Shown: positions 9,649 to 19,394 of the stretch, piece after piece | How positions within the stretch are numbered: the stretch's first letter is position 1 | Layout of the letters: every line of letters begins with the position of its first letter | DNA from: Candidatus Versatilivorator sp. | GTDB taxonomy: Bacteria > Acidobacteriota > Terriglobia > Versatilivoradales > Versatilivoraceae | Direction: 5' to 3' | Assembly (NCBI GenBank): GCA_965207735.1 | Contig: OZ242296.1 | Location: 4,416,001 to 4,480,000, forward strand | Length of the DNA stretch: 64,000 nucleotides | Position numbers and translations under genes: made by a program | Notes under the pieces: generated by a model | Seen by the model: the letters and a program-made list of their open reading frames with translations, nothing else | Databases searched by the model: none | Told to the model about the DNA's origin: nothing

Positions 9649-10728
9649 TTACCGGCCCCTGGCTATCTGCACCGGGTGATGGAGTCGGTAGTGCCAGGCC
9701 AGCACGTCCCGGCCGAAGTCTCCGTCGAAGTCTCTCCAGACGGAATGGCTGTGGTTGTTGTTGTTCTGGGTATTGTCGTATTCGATCAGGAAGGAAGGGG
9801 CCTGGACCCGGTAGTAGTCGCCGGCTCCCGGCTTGACCGAACCGGCCCATGCAAAGAAGAGCTGGTCGGGAGGAGTATTCTTGGCCTTTTGCATCCGACG
9901 CTCGGCCACCTCGTCCGGAAGGATGTTGGCGTACTCGCCGATCAGGGCCATCAACCGGTCGACCTGCGCGGCGGTCATGTCGGAGGCCGGCAAACCTGAC
10001 GGCTGGCCCTCCAGCTTGGCCCGGGAATCCGCCTTGGTGAGGACATCGGGATAGGCCGCCTCGGCCACAACCGCCTTGCCGAGCTGTTTGGCGTCCAGGG
10101 ACCGGACCAGGGCGCGGGCCATATCCTCCTCCTTGGCCAGGGCCCTCATCCCCTGGTAGCGCCCCGCCATGACCTGGTGGGGGTTGGCTCCCAGGAAGGT
10201 GGGACTGGCCGAAACCAGGCGGCCCTCCTTGAAGGTGAAATTCAGGGAAATATGGTGCCCTTCCACCCGGAAGCCCCAGGTTCCCTGCAGCGACGGCTTG
10301 CCGAAAACACTGAAGTAGTACTTGTCGATGTCGCGGTTTCCGGTGGTGTCCTTCTCCAGCACCCGAAGGATCTCCTCCAGGGTCTGGACCGCCATCACCT
10401 TGGCGAAGCCGGCCTGGCTCAGCCCGGCGGCCAGCAGGGCGTCGGCCAGGCGGCGCTGTTCGGGAGCCATGCCCTTGTAGTTCACCCCTTTTCTGGCGTA
10501 GCCGTACTCCCTGGCGAAAGCGCTGTCCGGGAAGAAATGCCACACCGTCCGGGTCTGGTGGCTGAAGTCGTAGACCACCTTGGCCCGCTGCTCGTCCGAG
10601 AGCGAGTTCACAAACCGCGTGGCGGTTTCATACAGGACCGTCTCGGTCCTGGTCCGATGGTGGGCCGCCACAAGGGCCAAGGCGCAAACGGCCAGGGCGC
10701 AGAGTCGGAAAGTCGTGGGCTTGGTCAT
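9649..10728 (-). CDS. DUF3500 domain-containing protein
   Basis: WGFRVEGHHISLNFT, PTFLGANP and YDNTQNNNNHSHSVWRDFDGDFG motifs. Confidence 0.85.
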   Translation of the reverse strand: MTKPTTFRLCALAVCALALVAAHHRTRTETVLYETATRFVNSLSDEQRAKVVYDFSHQTRTVWHFFPDSAFAREYGYARKGVNYKGMAPEQRRLADALLAAGLSQAGFAKVMAVQTLEEILRVLEKDTTGNRDIDKYYFSVFGKPSLQGTWGFRVEGHHISLNFTFKEGRLVSASPTFLGANPHQVMAGRYQGMRALAKEEDMARALVRSLDAKQLGKAVVAEAAYPDVLTKADSRAKLEGQPSGLPASDMTAAQVDRLMALIGEYANILPDEVAERRMQKAKNTPPDQLFFAWAGSVKPGAGDYYRVQAPSFLIEYDNTQNNNNHSHSVWRDFDGDFGRDVLAWHYRLHHPVQIARGR

Positions 10729-10800
10729 GCCACCCTCCTGGTGTTGTCGGTTGAGTTTCCTGAATCATACTCCATGCGGGACACCGAGCCTAGTCCACCC

Positions 10801-11562
10801 TCACTCCTTGGCCTGCTGCAGGTAGCTCTTGACCGCCGGGCCCAGCACCGACTCCAGGGAGATGGCGATGAAGCGAGCGCCCTTTTGCCGCCACTGCCGG
10901 GCGGTCTCAAGGTTGCGCACCATGAGTCCCAGGGCCACATCGGTGGGGGCCACGGCATCGGCGATGCGCTGCATGGCCGCCTGGACCTCGGGGTGCTGGG
11001 CCTGACCCGGCAGGCCCAGTGACTGGGACAGATCGGAAGGCCCGATGAAGACCACGTCGATCCCCCCTACCTTCAGGATTTCGGGCAGGTTGTCCACCGC
11101 CTGGGCGGTCTCGATCTGCAACACCACCAGGGTCTCGGCATTGGCCTCTTCCACGTACTCCCCCAGGGACTGGGTCTGCCCGTAGTCGGCGGCCCGCACT
11201 CCCGCCAGGCCGCGGATGCCCTGGGGTTGATATTTCACCGAGCCAACGGCAGCCTCGGCCTCGGCCGCCGTCTGCACCCAGGGCACCAGCGCTCCCTGGG
11301 CACCGGTGTCCAGAAAGCGCAGGATGATGGGCTGCTGATTGGTGGTGACCCGAATGATGGGCGTCACCCCCCGCAACTCCGCCGCCCGCGTCATGTTCTC
11401 GCAGTCCCGCGGCTCCACCGTCCCGTGTTCGCCGTCGAAGACCAGGAAATCCCACCCCTGGTACCCCAGGAATTCAATCAGTCCCGGATCGGGATAACGG
11501 ACGAAAGCCCCGAAGACGGTCTCACCGGCCTTCAATTTGGCCTTGGTCGTATTCTTGTGCAA
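10801..11562 (-). CDS. HpcH/HpaI class II aldolase family protein
   Basis: DGEHG, QIET and FIGPSDLSQSLG motifs; TTG start with RBS. Confidence 0.9.
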   Translation of the reverse strand: MHKNTTKAKLKAGETVFGAFVRYPDPGLIEFLGYQGWDFLVFDGEHGTVEPRDCENMTRAAELRGVTPIIRVTTNQQPIILRFLDTGAQGALVPWVQTAAEAEAAVGSVKYQPQGIRGLAGVRAADYGQTQSLGEYVEEANAETLVVLQIETAQAVDNLPEILKVGGIDVVFIGPSDLSQSLGLPGQAQHPEVQAAMQRIADAVAPTDVALGLMVRNLETARQWRQKGARFIAISLESVLGPAVKSYLQQAKE

Positions 11563-11627
11563 GGAAGCACCCCCTCTGATCTATTTCACCTGCCCGGCCC
11601 GTTCGACGACGCCGGCCAGCTCGCGTT

Positions 11628-12644
11628 TCATCCCGGATTGCCGACACCCACCGGACGGTTTTCCCGGTGGGACCTCCAGGCCGCCAACCCCAGTTCCACC
11701 GCCCGCCTCCCGTCCCGGCCCGTGACCGGCGGCGGGGAGTCCTCGATCACCGATCCGACAAACGCCTTCATCTCGGCAAGGTAGGACTCCTGGTAGCGTT
11801 CCAGGAAAAAATAGAGGGGGAGCGGCCCGTGAACCCCCTGGCCATTGCTGTAAACGGCTTGATGAGAGGTGCGGTTGCCCACCACCACCTGCCCTTCCGA
11901 ACCGAACACCTCCACCCGCTGGTCATAGCCGTAAACGGCCCGGCGGCTGTTGTCGATGGCGCCCAGGGCGCCCTTGGCGAAGCGCAGCATCACCATGGCC
12001 GTATCCAGGTCGCCGGCCAGGCCGATGGCGGGGTCTATCAAGGTGCTTCCGGTGGCATAGAGCTCCTCGATCTCGTCGCCGGCCAGGTAGCGGGAGATAT
12101 CGAAGTCGTGGATGGTCATGTCCAGGAAGATTCCGCCCGAAGCCTTCACGTACTCGGCGGGAGGGGGTTCGGGATCCCGGCTGGTGACGCGAACCAGGTG
12201 GGGCGTTCCGATCCTGCCGGCGGCCACGGCCTCCCGCGCCTGGTGAAAGCTGGGGTCGAAGCGCCGGTTGAATCCGACCTGCAGCTTTACTTCGTATTCC
12301 AGAACGGCCTCCAGGGAATCGTCGATCTCCTGCAGATCCAGGGCCAGTGGCTTTTCACAAAAGATGTGCTTTCCCGCAAATGCCGCCTGCCGGATCAACT
12401 CGGGATGGGTGGGCGTGCTGGAGCATATGACCACCGCGTCGATGGAGGGATCCTCCATAATGCGCGCCTCCTCCTCACTGAAGGAGGGAATCCCGAATTC
12501 GGCGGCGCAGCGCTCGGCGGCCTCCCGGGAAATGTCCACTACCACCGACAGGTGGGCTTCCGGGATGCTGCGGGTCAGGTTGTGCGCGTGGATGCGCCCG
12601 ATGCGGCCTGCGCCGAACAGGCCCAGGTTGAGTTGAGTGATCAA
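11628..12644 (-). CDS. iolG: myo-inositol 2-dehydrogenase
   Basis: GAGRIG, CEKPL, GFNRRFD, DMTIHDFD and SRRAVYGYDQRVEVFGS; adjacent to iolE/iolD. Confidence 0.88.
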   Translation of the reverse strand: MITQLNLGLFGAGRIGRIHAHNLTRSIPEAHLSVVVDISREAAERCAAEFGIPSFSEEEARIMEDPSIDAVVICSSTPTHPELIRQAAFAGKHIFCEKPLALDLQEIDDSLEAVLEYEVKLQVGFNRRFDPSFHQAREAVAAGRIGTPHLVRVTSRDPEPPPAEYVKASGGIFLDMTIHDFDISRYLAGDEIEELYATGSTLIDPAIGLAGDLDTAMVMLRFAKGALGAIDNSRRAVYGYDQRVEVFGSEGQVVVGNRTSHQAVYSNGQGVHGPLPLYFFLERYQESYLAEMKAFVGSVIEDSPPPVTGRDGRRAVELGLAAWRSHRENRPVGVGNPG

Positions 12645-12674
12645 GAAACGAACCTCACAGTCAACTGCCCCCGG

Positions 12675-13562
12675 TCATCCGATGCCAATGGACCTCAGAT
12701 ACTCCCGGGTCCGCCTGGCGATGGGCAGGGGCTTTTCAAAGGGGGCTGGATACATGTCCTGCTCGACAATGGCGTAGCCGCAGTAGTCGATCTCCTGCAG
12801 CACCCGGCACAGAGCCGGAAAATCCACCACTCCCTGGGAAGGCTCGCAGAACAGGTCCATGCCCACCGCGTGGGCAAAGGGAATGTTCTCTTCGGCGACT
12901 CTCCTCTGAAGATCGGGGCGGACGCTCTTGAGGTGGAGATAGGGGATCCGCCGGTGGTGACGGCGAAGAAAGGCGATCGGGTCGCCCCCCCGGTAGGCAT
13001 GATGGCCCGTGTCCAGGCAGAGCACGACTCGCTCGGGATCGGTCTGGCTCAGCAGCCTTTCGATCTGGTCCTCGTATTCCACGTGGGTCTCGGCGTGAGG
13101 ATGGAAGACCACCTGCAGGCCGAACCGTTCCCGGACCAGATCCACCACGTAATGGACCCGGTCGACCAGCCGCTTCCAGGCCTCGTCGTCCAGCCTGCCG
13201 GGTGCGGTGGCCTCGCCCGTCCAGAGATTGGTATAGGTGTCGTCGATCAGAATGAGGTATTCGGCTCCCAGATAGGCCAGGGACTCCCCCGCGCCCAGCA
13301 CCTGCTTCTCCAGACCCGGCCAGGCGGCCTCGTCTTCCAGGTGTCCCATGGCGAAGGTGCCCGAAGCCCGCAGGCCGCGCTTGGAAAGCTCGCCTTGAAG
13401 CGTGGCCCGATCGGTGGGCAGATAGCCGTAGGGCCCCAACTCGGTCCACTCATAGCCCGCTTCGGCAATTTCGTCCAGGCAGCGCTGCCAGGGAATTTGC
13501 TTGTCGTCACTGGGAAACCAGACACCCCAACTGTCGGGGGCACTGCCGATCTTGACGTCCAT
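12675..13562 (-). CDS. iolE: Inosose dehydratase / sugar phosphate isomerase-epimerase (TIM barrel)
   Basis: SAPDSWGVWF, ELGPYGYLP, HPHAETHVE, CLDTGH and VEQD; iol context. Confidence 0.75.
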   Translation of the reverse strand: MDVKIGSAPDSWGVWFPSDDKQIPWQRCLDEIAEAGYEWTELGPYGYLPTDRATLQGELSKRGLRASGTFAMGHLEDEAAWPGLEKQVLGAGESLAYLGAEYLILIDDTYTNLWTGEATAPGRLDDEAWKRLVDRVHYVVDLVRERFGLQVVFHPHAETHVEYEDQIERLLSQTDPERVVLCLDTGHHAYRGGDPIAFLRRHHRRIPYLHLKSVRPDLQRRVAEENIPFAHAVGMDLFCEPSQGVVDFPALCRVLQEIDYCGYAIVEQDMYPAPFEKPLPIARRTREYLRSIGIG

Positions 13563-13588
13563 GGCGGTTCCGGCCCTCCCTGACCGAT

Positions 13589-15487
13589 TCAATAGTAGAA
13601 GCGCTGCAGCCGCGCCCTTTCGCTCTCGTACTCCTCCCGGCGCTTGCGGGTTTCCGGATCCCCGCTCACCTCGGCAGCGGCCACGTCCCACCAGATGCCG
13701 GCACCCGGAGGCGTCCGATACTTTTCAGTATCCACCACGATGACGCAGGGCTGCGACTTCTTCCTGGCCTCCTGCAAGGCCTCCCGGAACTCGTCGGTGG
13801 TGTAGACGTGCATGGCGTGAGCCCCCAGGCTCTGGGCGTTGTGCGCAAAATCGATGGGTACGAAATCGGCATCCAGACGATTGGTCTCCTGGTCGCGAGC
13901 CCGGAACTCGTTGCCGAAGCTGTGACCCGCCCGCGCCAACTGCAGGCCGCGAATGCACTGGTAGCCGTGGTTCTCCGAGATGACCAGCGTGATCTTCAGC
14001 CCTTCCTGAACGGCGGTCATCAGCTCCATGGGATTCATCAGGTAGGTGCCGTCACCCACGAACACGTACACTTCCCCTTCCGGCTGGGCCATGCGCACGC
14101 CCAGTCCGGCCGGGATCTCGTAGCCCATGCAGGAAAAGCCGAACTCCACGTGGCAGTTCTTCCCGCCGGTGGCATCCCACAGCTTCAGCAGATCGCCGGG
14201 AGGATTGCCGGCGGCGGCCACGATGGTATCCCCGGAACGGGCCTCCTCGTTGAGAACGCCCACCAGTTGGGCCTGGCTCATGGCTTCCCCGGCCACCGGC
14301 TGATAGACCTCGTTTTCCAGTTGACTCCGCCACTCCCGCTTCCACCCGGCGACTTCCCGGGCATAGTCGGCCCGCGGCCTCACCTCGGCCGCCAGGGCCG
14401 CCTCGGTGAGCGCTTCCAGTCCGGCCCGCGCGTCCGCCAACAGGGGCACGGACCCCTGCTTGTAGGCATCGTGAGGTCCCACGTTCAGGCTGATGAATTT
14501 TACCTCCGGGTTCTGAAAAGCCGACTGCGACCCGGTGGCGAAATCGGTGAGCCGAGTACCCACGCAGATGAGCAGGTCGGCCTGGCTGGCGACCTTGCCG
14601 GCGCAGGGATTTCCAGTCACCCCGTAACCGCCCAGGCCCAACTCGGATGCCTCGCGCAGCGCGCCCTTGCCCGCAAAAGTCTCTCCCACGGGAATGCCCA
14701 ACTCCCTGGAAAAACGCTGTAACTCCTCACAGGCCTCCGAGTAGTGGACCCCGCCGCCGGCAATCACCATGGGACGCTTGGCTTGCTTCAACAGGCCGAC
14801 CGCTTCCCGAACGCGGTCGGGGTCGGGCAGGCGCCGCTCCACCCGCCAGGTCCTCTCCTCGAAAAAGGCCGCCGGGTAGTCGTAGGCGTGGGCCTGCACA
14901 TCCTGGGGCAGCGAGAGGGTGACCGTTCCGGTCTCGACGGGATCGGTCAGCACCCGCATGGCCTCGGGCAGGGCCGTCAGGAGTTGCTCGGGCCTCGAGA
15001 TCCGATCGAAGAAACGACTGACCGGGCGGAAACAGTCGTTCACGCTCACATCGGCCGACACCGGATGCTCGAGCTCCTGCAGCACCGGTCCCTGGTGCCT
15101 GGTGACGTAGTAGTCCGAGGGCAGCAACAGGACCGGCAGGCGATTGATGGTGGCCGTGGCCGCCCCCGTCAGCATGTTGGTGGCCCCCGGCCCGATGGAG
15201 GAGGTGCAGGCCATGGCAGACAGGCGGCAGTTGGCCTTGGCGTATCCGGCGGCCGTGTGCACCATGGACTGCTCGTTGCAGGGCTGATAGTAGGGAAGAT
15301 TGGCCCCGTACTCATAGAGCGCCTGCCCCAAACCGGCCACGTTGCCATGGCCGAAGATGCCGAAGATGGCCGGGATCAGGCGGCGGGATCGTCCATCGCG
15401 CATACTGAACTGCACCTGAAGGTATTTCACCAGGGCTTGCGCGACCGTCAGTCGAACCGTTGGCCGCGGACTCTGTTGCAGCATCAT
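13589..15487 (-). CDS. iolD: 3D-(3,5/4)-trihydroxycyclohexane-1,2-dione acylhydrolase (ThDP-dependent)
   Basis: RLTVAQALVKYL, FGIFGHGNVAG, TSSIGPGATN and EFGFSCMGYEI; GGAGG RBS before ATG 15487. Confidence 0.93.
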   Translation of the reverse strand: MMLQQSPRPTVRLTVAQALVKYLQVQFSMRDGRSRRLIPAIFGIFGHGNVAGLGQALYEYGANLPYYQPCNEQSMVHTAAGYAKANCRLSAMACTSSIGPGATNMLTGAATATINRLPVLLLPSDYYVTRHQGPVLQELEHPVSADVSVNDCFRPVSRFFDRISRPEQLLTALPEAMRVLTDPVETGTVTLSLPQDVQAHAYDYPAAFFEERTWRVERRLPDPDRVREAVGLLKQAKRPMVIAGGGVHYSEACEELQRFSRELGIPVGETFAGKGALREASELGLGGYGVTGNPCAGKVASQADLLICVGTRLTDFATGSQSAFQNPEVKFISLNVGPHDAYKQGSVPLLADARAGLEALTEAALAAEVRPRADYAREVAGWKREWRSQLENEVYQPVAGEAMSQAQLVGVLNEEARSGDTIVAAAGNPPGDLLKLWDATGGKNCHVEFGFSCMGYEIPAGLGVRMAQPEGEVYVFVGDGTYLMNPMELMTAVQEGLKITLVISENHGYQCIRGLQLARAGHSFGNEFRARDQETNRLDADFVPIDFAHNAQSLGAHAMHVYTTDEFREALQEARKKSQPCVIVVDTEKYRTPPGAGIWWDVAAAEVSGDPETRKRREEYESERARLQRFYY

Positions 15488-15537
15488 CGTCACCTCCCCG
15501 TCGTGTTTAAAACACCCCTGTTTCACCAATCAAGAGT

Positions 15538-16821
15538 CTATTGCCATCGGAACCACCGCAAGGCCAGCAGGAAACTGACACTTCCCCAGGCCGCCATCAC
15601 CAGCACATCCGGCAAGCTGGAGGCAAGGGGAAGACCTTCATTGATGTTTGCCCGCAAGGCATCGTTGAGCGCCGTCAACGGCAGGGCTTGAATGACCGGT
15701 TGCCAGAACTCGGGGAAGCGACCGGCGGCGAAAAAGGTCCCCGAGAGCAGCCACATGGGCAGCATCACCAGGTTCATCAGCCCCGAGACGCCTTCGATAG
15801 TCTGGGGGCGGGCAGCCACCAGTAGTCCCAGCCCGGCGAAGGACATGGCCCCCACCAGCGAAATCACTCCCAGGTCCAGGATCGAACCATGCACGGACAC
15901 CCCGAAGGCCATCCAGCCGAAGCCGATCACGGCCACCACCTCCAGCGCCAGGAAAATAAGGCGCGAGAGCATAAAGGACAGCAGGAAGTGGGTCCGGCGC
16001 ATGGGAGTGGCCGCCAGCAGCTTCAGCAGCTTGCGGGTGCGTGCCTGAACCACCGCGAATCCCAGGCCCCACATCCCGCTCCCCATCAGGTTCAGCCCCA
16101 CCAACCCGGGGATCAGAAAATCGATGTAGCGGGCCCCGGGATGGGCCACGGCTTCGTCCCTGACCCGGGCGACATCTTCCCGTCCCATCCCCCGCTGCAG
16201 GGCGTCGTCCACAACCAGCCGGGCGACCCGGCTGTTGGGTCGGGTCGGGTCGTAACGGTAAACCAAGCCTTCCGAACCCAATCCCGGCAGGGCCGGGAGG
16301 GCGGAGACCCTCTCTCCAGCCTCGGGATTTTCGGTCGCCGGAGCCTCCGACTGAGCAGGCTGCAGCACCAGCGACACCCTGCCCGTACGCAGCGCCCGCG
16401 CCGCCTCGGCCGGGGACAGCAGGAGGACCTCGATATCGGAACGCCCTTCCAGCCATTCCATCAGCCGGTCGGAGCCGGAGGTCGGCGTCTGGGGGCCGCC
16501 GACTTCCACCGCCACCTGGACCTTTTCCGGGCCCGTATCCCGAAAGGCGATCCCCAAGGCAATGGCCAACAGAACGGGAAAGACGAAGACCCAGAAGACG
16601 GCTTCGGGTTCCCGCGAGAACTCCCGAATCCTGGCCAGCGTGAGCTCCCACAGCGGATTGACCGGGCGGTAGCGGCTGGCCCCCGGAAGCGATGCAGTGC
16701 CCGGGCCGGACGCCTCCGGATCAGTGGCGCCGCTGGGCAATGGCCCGGTCTCCACCGAATCGGTGGGCGGTGGGGCTTGCTGCCGTGGGGGGCGGGGCTT
16801 GGCGCCGATGACATCAGGCAT
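15538..16821 (-). CDS. ABC-2 type exporter permease
   Basis: REFSREPEAVFW, RYIDFLIPG and multiple TM helices; overlaps the ATPase gene. Confidence 0.9.
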   Translation of the reverse strand: MPDVIGAKPRPPRQQAPPPTDSVETGPLPSGATDPEASGPGTASLPGASRYRPVNPLWELTLARIREFSREPEAVFWVFVFPVLLAIALGIAFRDTGPEKVQVAVEVGGPQTPTSGSDRLMEWLEGRSDIEVLLLSPAEAARALRTGRVSLVLQPAQSEAPATENPEAGERVSALPALPGLGSEGLVYRYDPTRPNSRVARLVVDDALQRGMGREDVARVRDEAVAHPGARYIDFLIPGLVGLNLMGSGMWGLGFAVVQARTRKLLKLLAATPMRRTHFLLSFMLSRLIFLALEVVAVIGFGWMAFGVSVHGSILDLGVISLVGAMSFAGLGLLVAARPQTIEGVSGLMNLVMLPMWLLSGTFFAAGRFPEFWQPVIQALPLTALNDALRANINEGLPLASSLPDVLVMAAWGSVSFLLALRWFRWQ

Positions 16822-17776
16822 CTCGGAGCTTTCTTCCGGTGAGGTTCACAAAGACATCTTCCAGAGTGGCCGTGTGGGTGGTCATGCCCACCAGCCTGGC
16901 CCCCTGAATTTCCACTTCCGCCAGCAGGGCAGGCAGGGCTTCAGCCACGCTGGAGACGGTCAGCAGGTAATTTCCGTCGCGGCTCTGCACTCCACGTACG
17001 CCGGGAAGCCGGGAGAGCCGCTCGTTGCCGACGGAACCTTCCAGGCTGAATTCCACAATCTGATCGGCCCCCAACGACTCCACCAGAACGTTGGGGGTGT
17101 CCAGCGCGATCACCTTCCCATGATCCATGATGGCCACCCGGTCGCACAGGCGGGCCGCCTCTTCCATGTAATGGGTGGTCAACAGTATGGTACCACCCCG
17201 GGAACGAAACTTTTCGATCAGATCCCAGAGCTTCAGCTTGGCTTGAGGATCCAGACCCGTGGTGGGTTCGTCCAGGAAGAGCACCTCGGGAGCCGTCACC
17301 AGCGCACAGGCGATGGCCAGCCGCTGCTTCTGGCCTCCCGAAAGCTTTCCCACCCGGGCGTCCCGTTTCTCTTCCATCTCCACCAGGCGGATGACCTCGT
17401 CCGGGTCCCACCCTCGCCGGTAGAGACTGCGAAACATCGCGATGGTCTCCACCACCGTCAAGCGCTCGGAAAATTGGGTCTCCTGGAGCTGAACCGCCAG
17501 ACGCTCCCGTAGGGATCGGTCATCCCCTTCCCCCCAGCCCTGGCCCAACACCTCCACCCTGCCGCTGTCGGGAATGGTGAGTCCCTCGAAGATCTCGACG
17601 GTGGTGGTCTTGCCGGCCCCATTGGGCCCCAGCAGACCGAAACACTCTCCCATCCGGACTTCCAGGTCAATGCCCGCCACGGCCACCACCTCACCGTAGC
17701 GTTTCACCAGGGAGGCGCAACTGAGGGCAACCTCCCCGGAGAAGTTCGCAGGTTGGCTGGAGGCGGTTACAGGCAT
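16814..17776 (-). CDS. ABC transporter ATP-binding protein
   Basis: Walker A GPNGAGKTT, LSGGQ signature, FLDEPTTGLD. Confidence 0.93.
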   Translation of the reverse strand: MPVTASSQPANFSGEVALSCASLVKRYGEVVAVAGIDLEVRMGECFGLLGPNGAGKTTTVEIFEGLTIPDSGRVEVLGQGWGEGDDRSLRERLAVQLQETQFSERLTVVETIAMFRSLYRRGWDPDEVIRLVEMEEKRDARVGKLSGGQKQRLAIACALVTAPEVLFLDEPTTGLDPQAKLKLWDLIEKFRSRGGTILLTTHYMEEAARLCDRVAIMDHGKVIALDTPNVLVESLGADQIVEFSLEGSVGNERLSRLPGVRGVQSRDGNYLLTVSSVAEALPALLAEVEIQGARLVGMTTHTATLEDVFVNLTGRKLRDA

Positions 17777-17845
17777 GCCTTCTCCGACTGTTGCGATCCA
17801 CCCGGGCGGCGACCGATTCCGCACCGCGACAGAAGACCGCGCGGA

Positions 17846-18841
17846 CTACCGCCGCAGGCTCCACTTGGGTGTGACTCCGGGATTGGCGCAGGCATCGGGC
17901 CAACGCCCCTCGGCCAGTCGAATCAGGGTCTCCACCGACAGGCGCCAAAAGGAGTCCTTGCTGATATCGGAACACCCGGCCACATGAGGGGTGAGCACCA
18001 CGTTCTCCATCTCCAGCAGAGGACTGGTGGGAGCCAAGGGTTCCGGTTCGAAGACGTCCAGACCCGCCGCGGCGATCCAACCTTCCTGCAGCGCCCGGAT
18101 CAGAGCCTGCTCGTCGATGACCGGTCCCCGGCAGGTATTGATGAGTACGGACTCCGGCTTCATCGACCGCAATTGGGTTTCACCGATGAGGTGACGGGTC
18201 CCCGGGATCAGGGGCGTGTGCAGAGAAACGAAATCCGATTGGGAGAGCAGGTTCTCCATCTCGACCGGACGGACGCCCTCGGCCCTGATCACCTCCGGTT
18301 CCAGCAGGGGATCGGAGGCCAGGATCCGCATCTTGAAACCTTGCATCTTGCGGGCCAGGCTGCGAGCGATGCGCCCGAAGCCGATCAGGCCCAGGGTGTT
18401 TCCCCGCAGATGCCAGCGATGAATGTGCTCGCGGCGCTCCCAGCGCCCCTCTCGCAGGGCCCGGTCGTGGGGCACGATCTGGCGGATCACGGCAAACAGC
18501 AGTCCGATGGCATGGTCGGCCACTTCGTCGAAGACGGCAGTGGGGGTGTGGGCCACGATGACCCCCTGCCGGGTGGCCGCCTCCACCGGAACGTTGTCGA
18601 AACCGCTGCCGGTCCGCAGGATGGCTCCACAGCGCGGCAGCTTTTTCAGGCGTTCGGCAGTAATGACCGGATTCCCGTAGAGCCAGACCAGATCCGCATC
18701 GGCCGCCGCCCGCAACAACTCCTCTCCGGAAGTACAGGGGTGAATCCGCAGGTCCACTCCGCCCCGCTGCAGGTCCTCTTCGACCCAGGTGGGCACCGGA
18801 ACTCCGTCCGCCTCGACGTAAACAACGGTTATGGGCTTCAC
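17846..18841 (-). CDS. D-isomer-specific 2-hydroxyacid dehydrogenase (CtBP/SerA-like)
   Basis: GFGRIA, SLHTPL, INTCRG, GLDVFEPEP and TPHVA; GGAGGAGG RBS before GTG 18841. Confidence 0.9.
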   Translation of the reverse strand: MKPITVVYVEADGVPVPTWVEEDLQRGGVDLRIHPCTSGEELLRAAADADLVWLYGNPVITAERLKKLPRCGAILRTGSGFDNVPVEAATRQGVIVAHTPTAVFDEVADHAIGLLFAVIRQIVPHDRALREGRWERREHIHRWHLRGNTLGLIGFGRIARSLARKMQGFKMRILASDPLLEPEVIRAEGVRPVEMENLLSQSDFVSLHTPLIPGTRHLIGETQLRSMKPESVLINTCRGPVIDEQALIRALQEGWIAAAGLDVFEPEPLAPTSPLLEMENVVLTPHVAGCSDISKDSFWRLSVETLIRLAEGRWPDACANPGVTPKWSLRR

Positions 18842-19043
18842 GACGCGACCTCCTCCATATAGAGCCAAATCGGGACTGGCGAAGCAAGCGCCCATTGGGA
18901 GCGCCTCTTCCCGGTCAGGTATGGGATTCAAGGGCTACGGCACATCGGGAACGCCGGAGTGAGGCAGATCCCGACATTGCCGAAAAGCGGTTACGCCGAT
19001 GCCCCGGAACACTTTTGCCGACGATCCGAAACAGATCCAACCT

Positions 19044-19097
19044 TCAGTGAATACGCTCGATTTCAGGGATGGAATCGAAAGCGGAATCGAAGCTCAC
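19044..19097 (-). pseudogene. Remnant of a PIN-domain (VapC-like) toxin: start codon fused to C-terminal tail
   Basis: GTG overlapping the antitoxin stop (GTGA) opens VSFDSAFDSIPEIERIH*, which resembles the SFDxxFDxIxxIxR C-terminus of VapC proteins. Confidence 0.6.
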
Positions 19098-19339
19098 CGA
19101 AGACGTTGTCCCGCCTCAATCTCGCGTAGCATGACTTCGAAATCTGCCGTTGGGAATTGGTAACGGGAGGCCTCGGCCAGGGCGCGCAGCTTGGCTTCGA
19201 CGGCGAGGGGAGAGTCGCTGCGGGCCTTGCGTAGTGCATGGCGTACCCACTCGGCAACCGACATTCGCTGCCGTCTGGCGGTTCCCTGTATCTCGCGGTT
19301 TTCTTGCGGGTCCAAGAGTACTTGAAGTCGCTTGCTCAC
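19094..19339 (-). CDS. Ribbon-helix-helix antitoxin (VapB-like)
   Basis: 81 aa, MSKRLQVLLD...MSVAEWVRHALR...FPTADFEVMLREIEAG, typical of antitoxins that precede PIN toxins. Confidence 0.75.
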   Translation of the reverse strand: MSKRLQVLLDPQENREIQGTARRQRMSVAEWVRHALRKARSDSPLAVEAKLRALAEASRYQFPTADFEVMLREIEAGQRLR

Positions 19340-19394
19340 GATCGAATGGTACAGTCTGATAAACTAATAATCAATATCGGGGTTGGAGGAAGCG

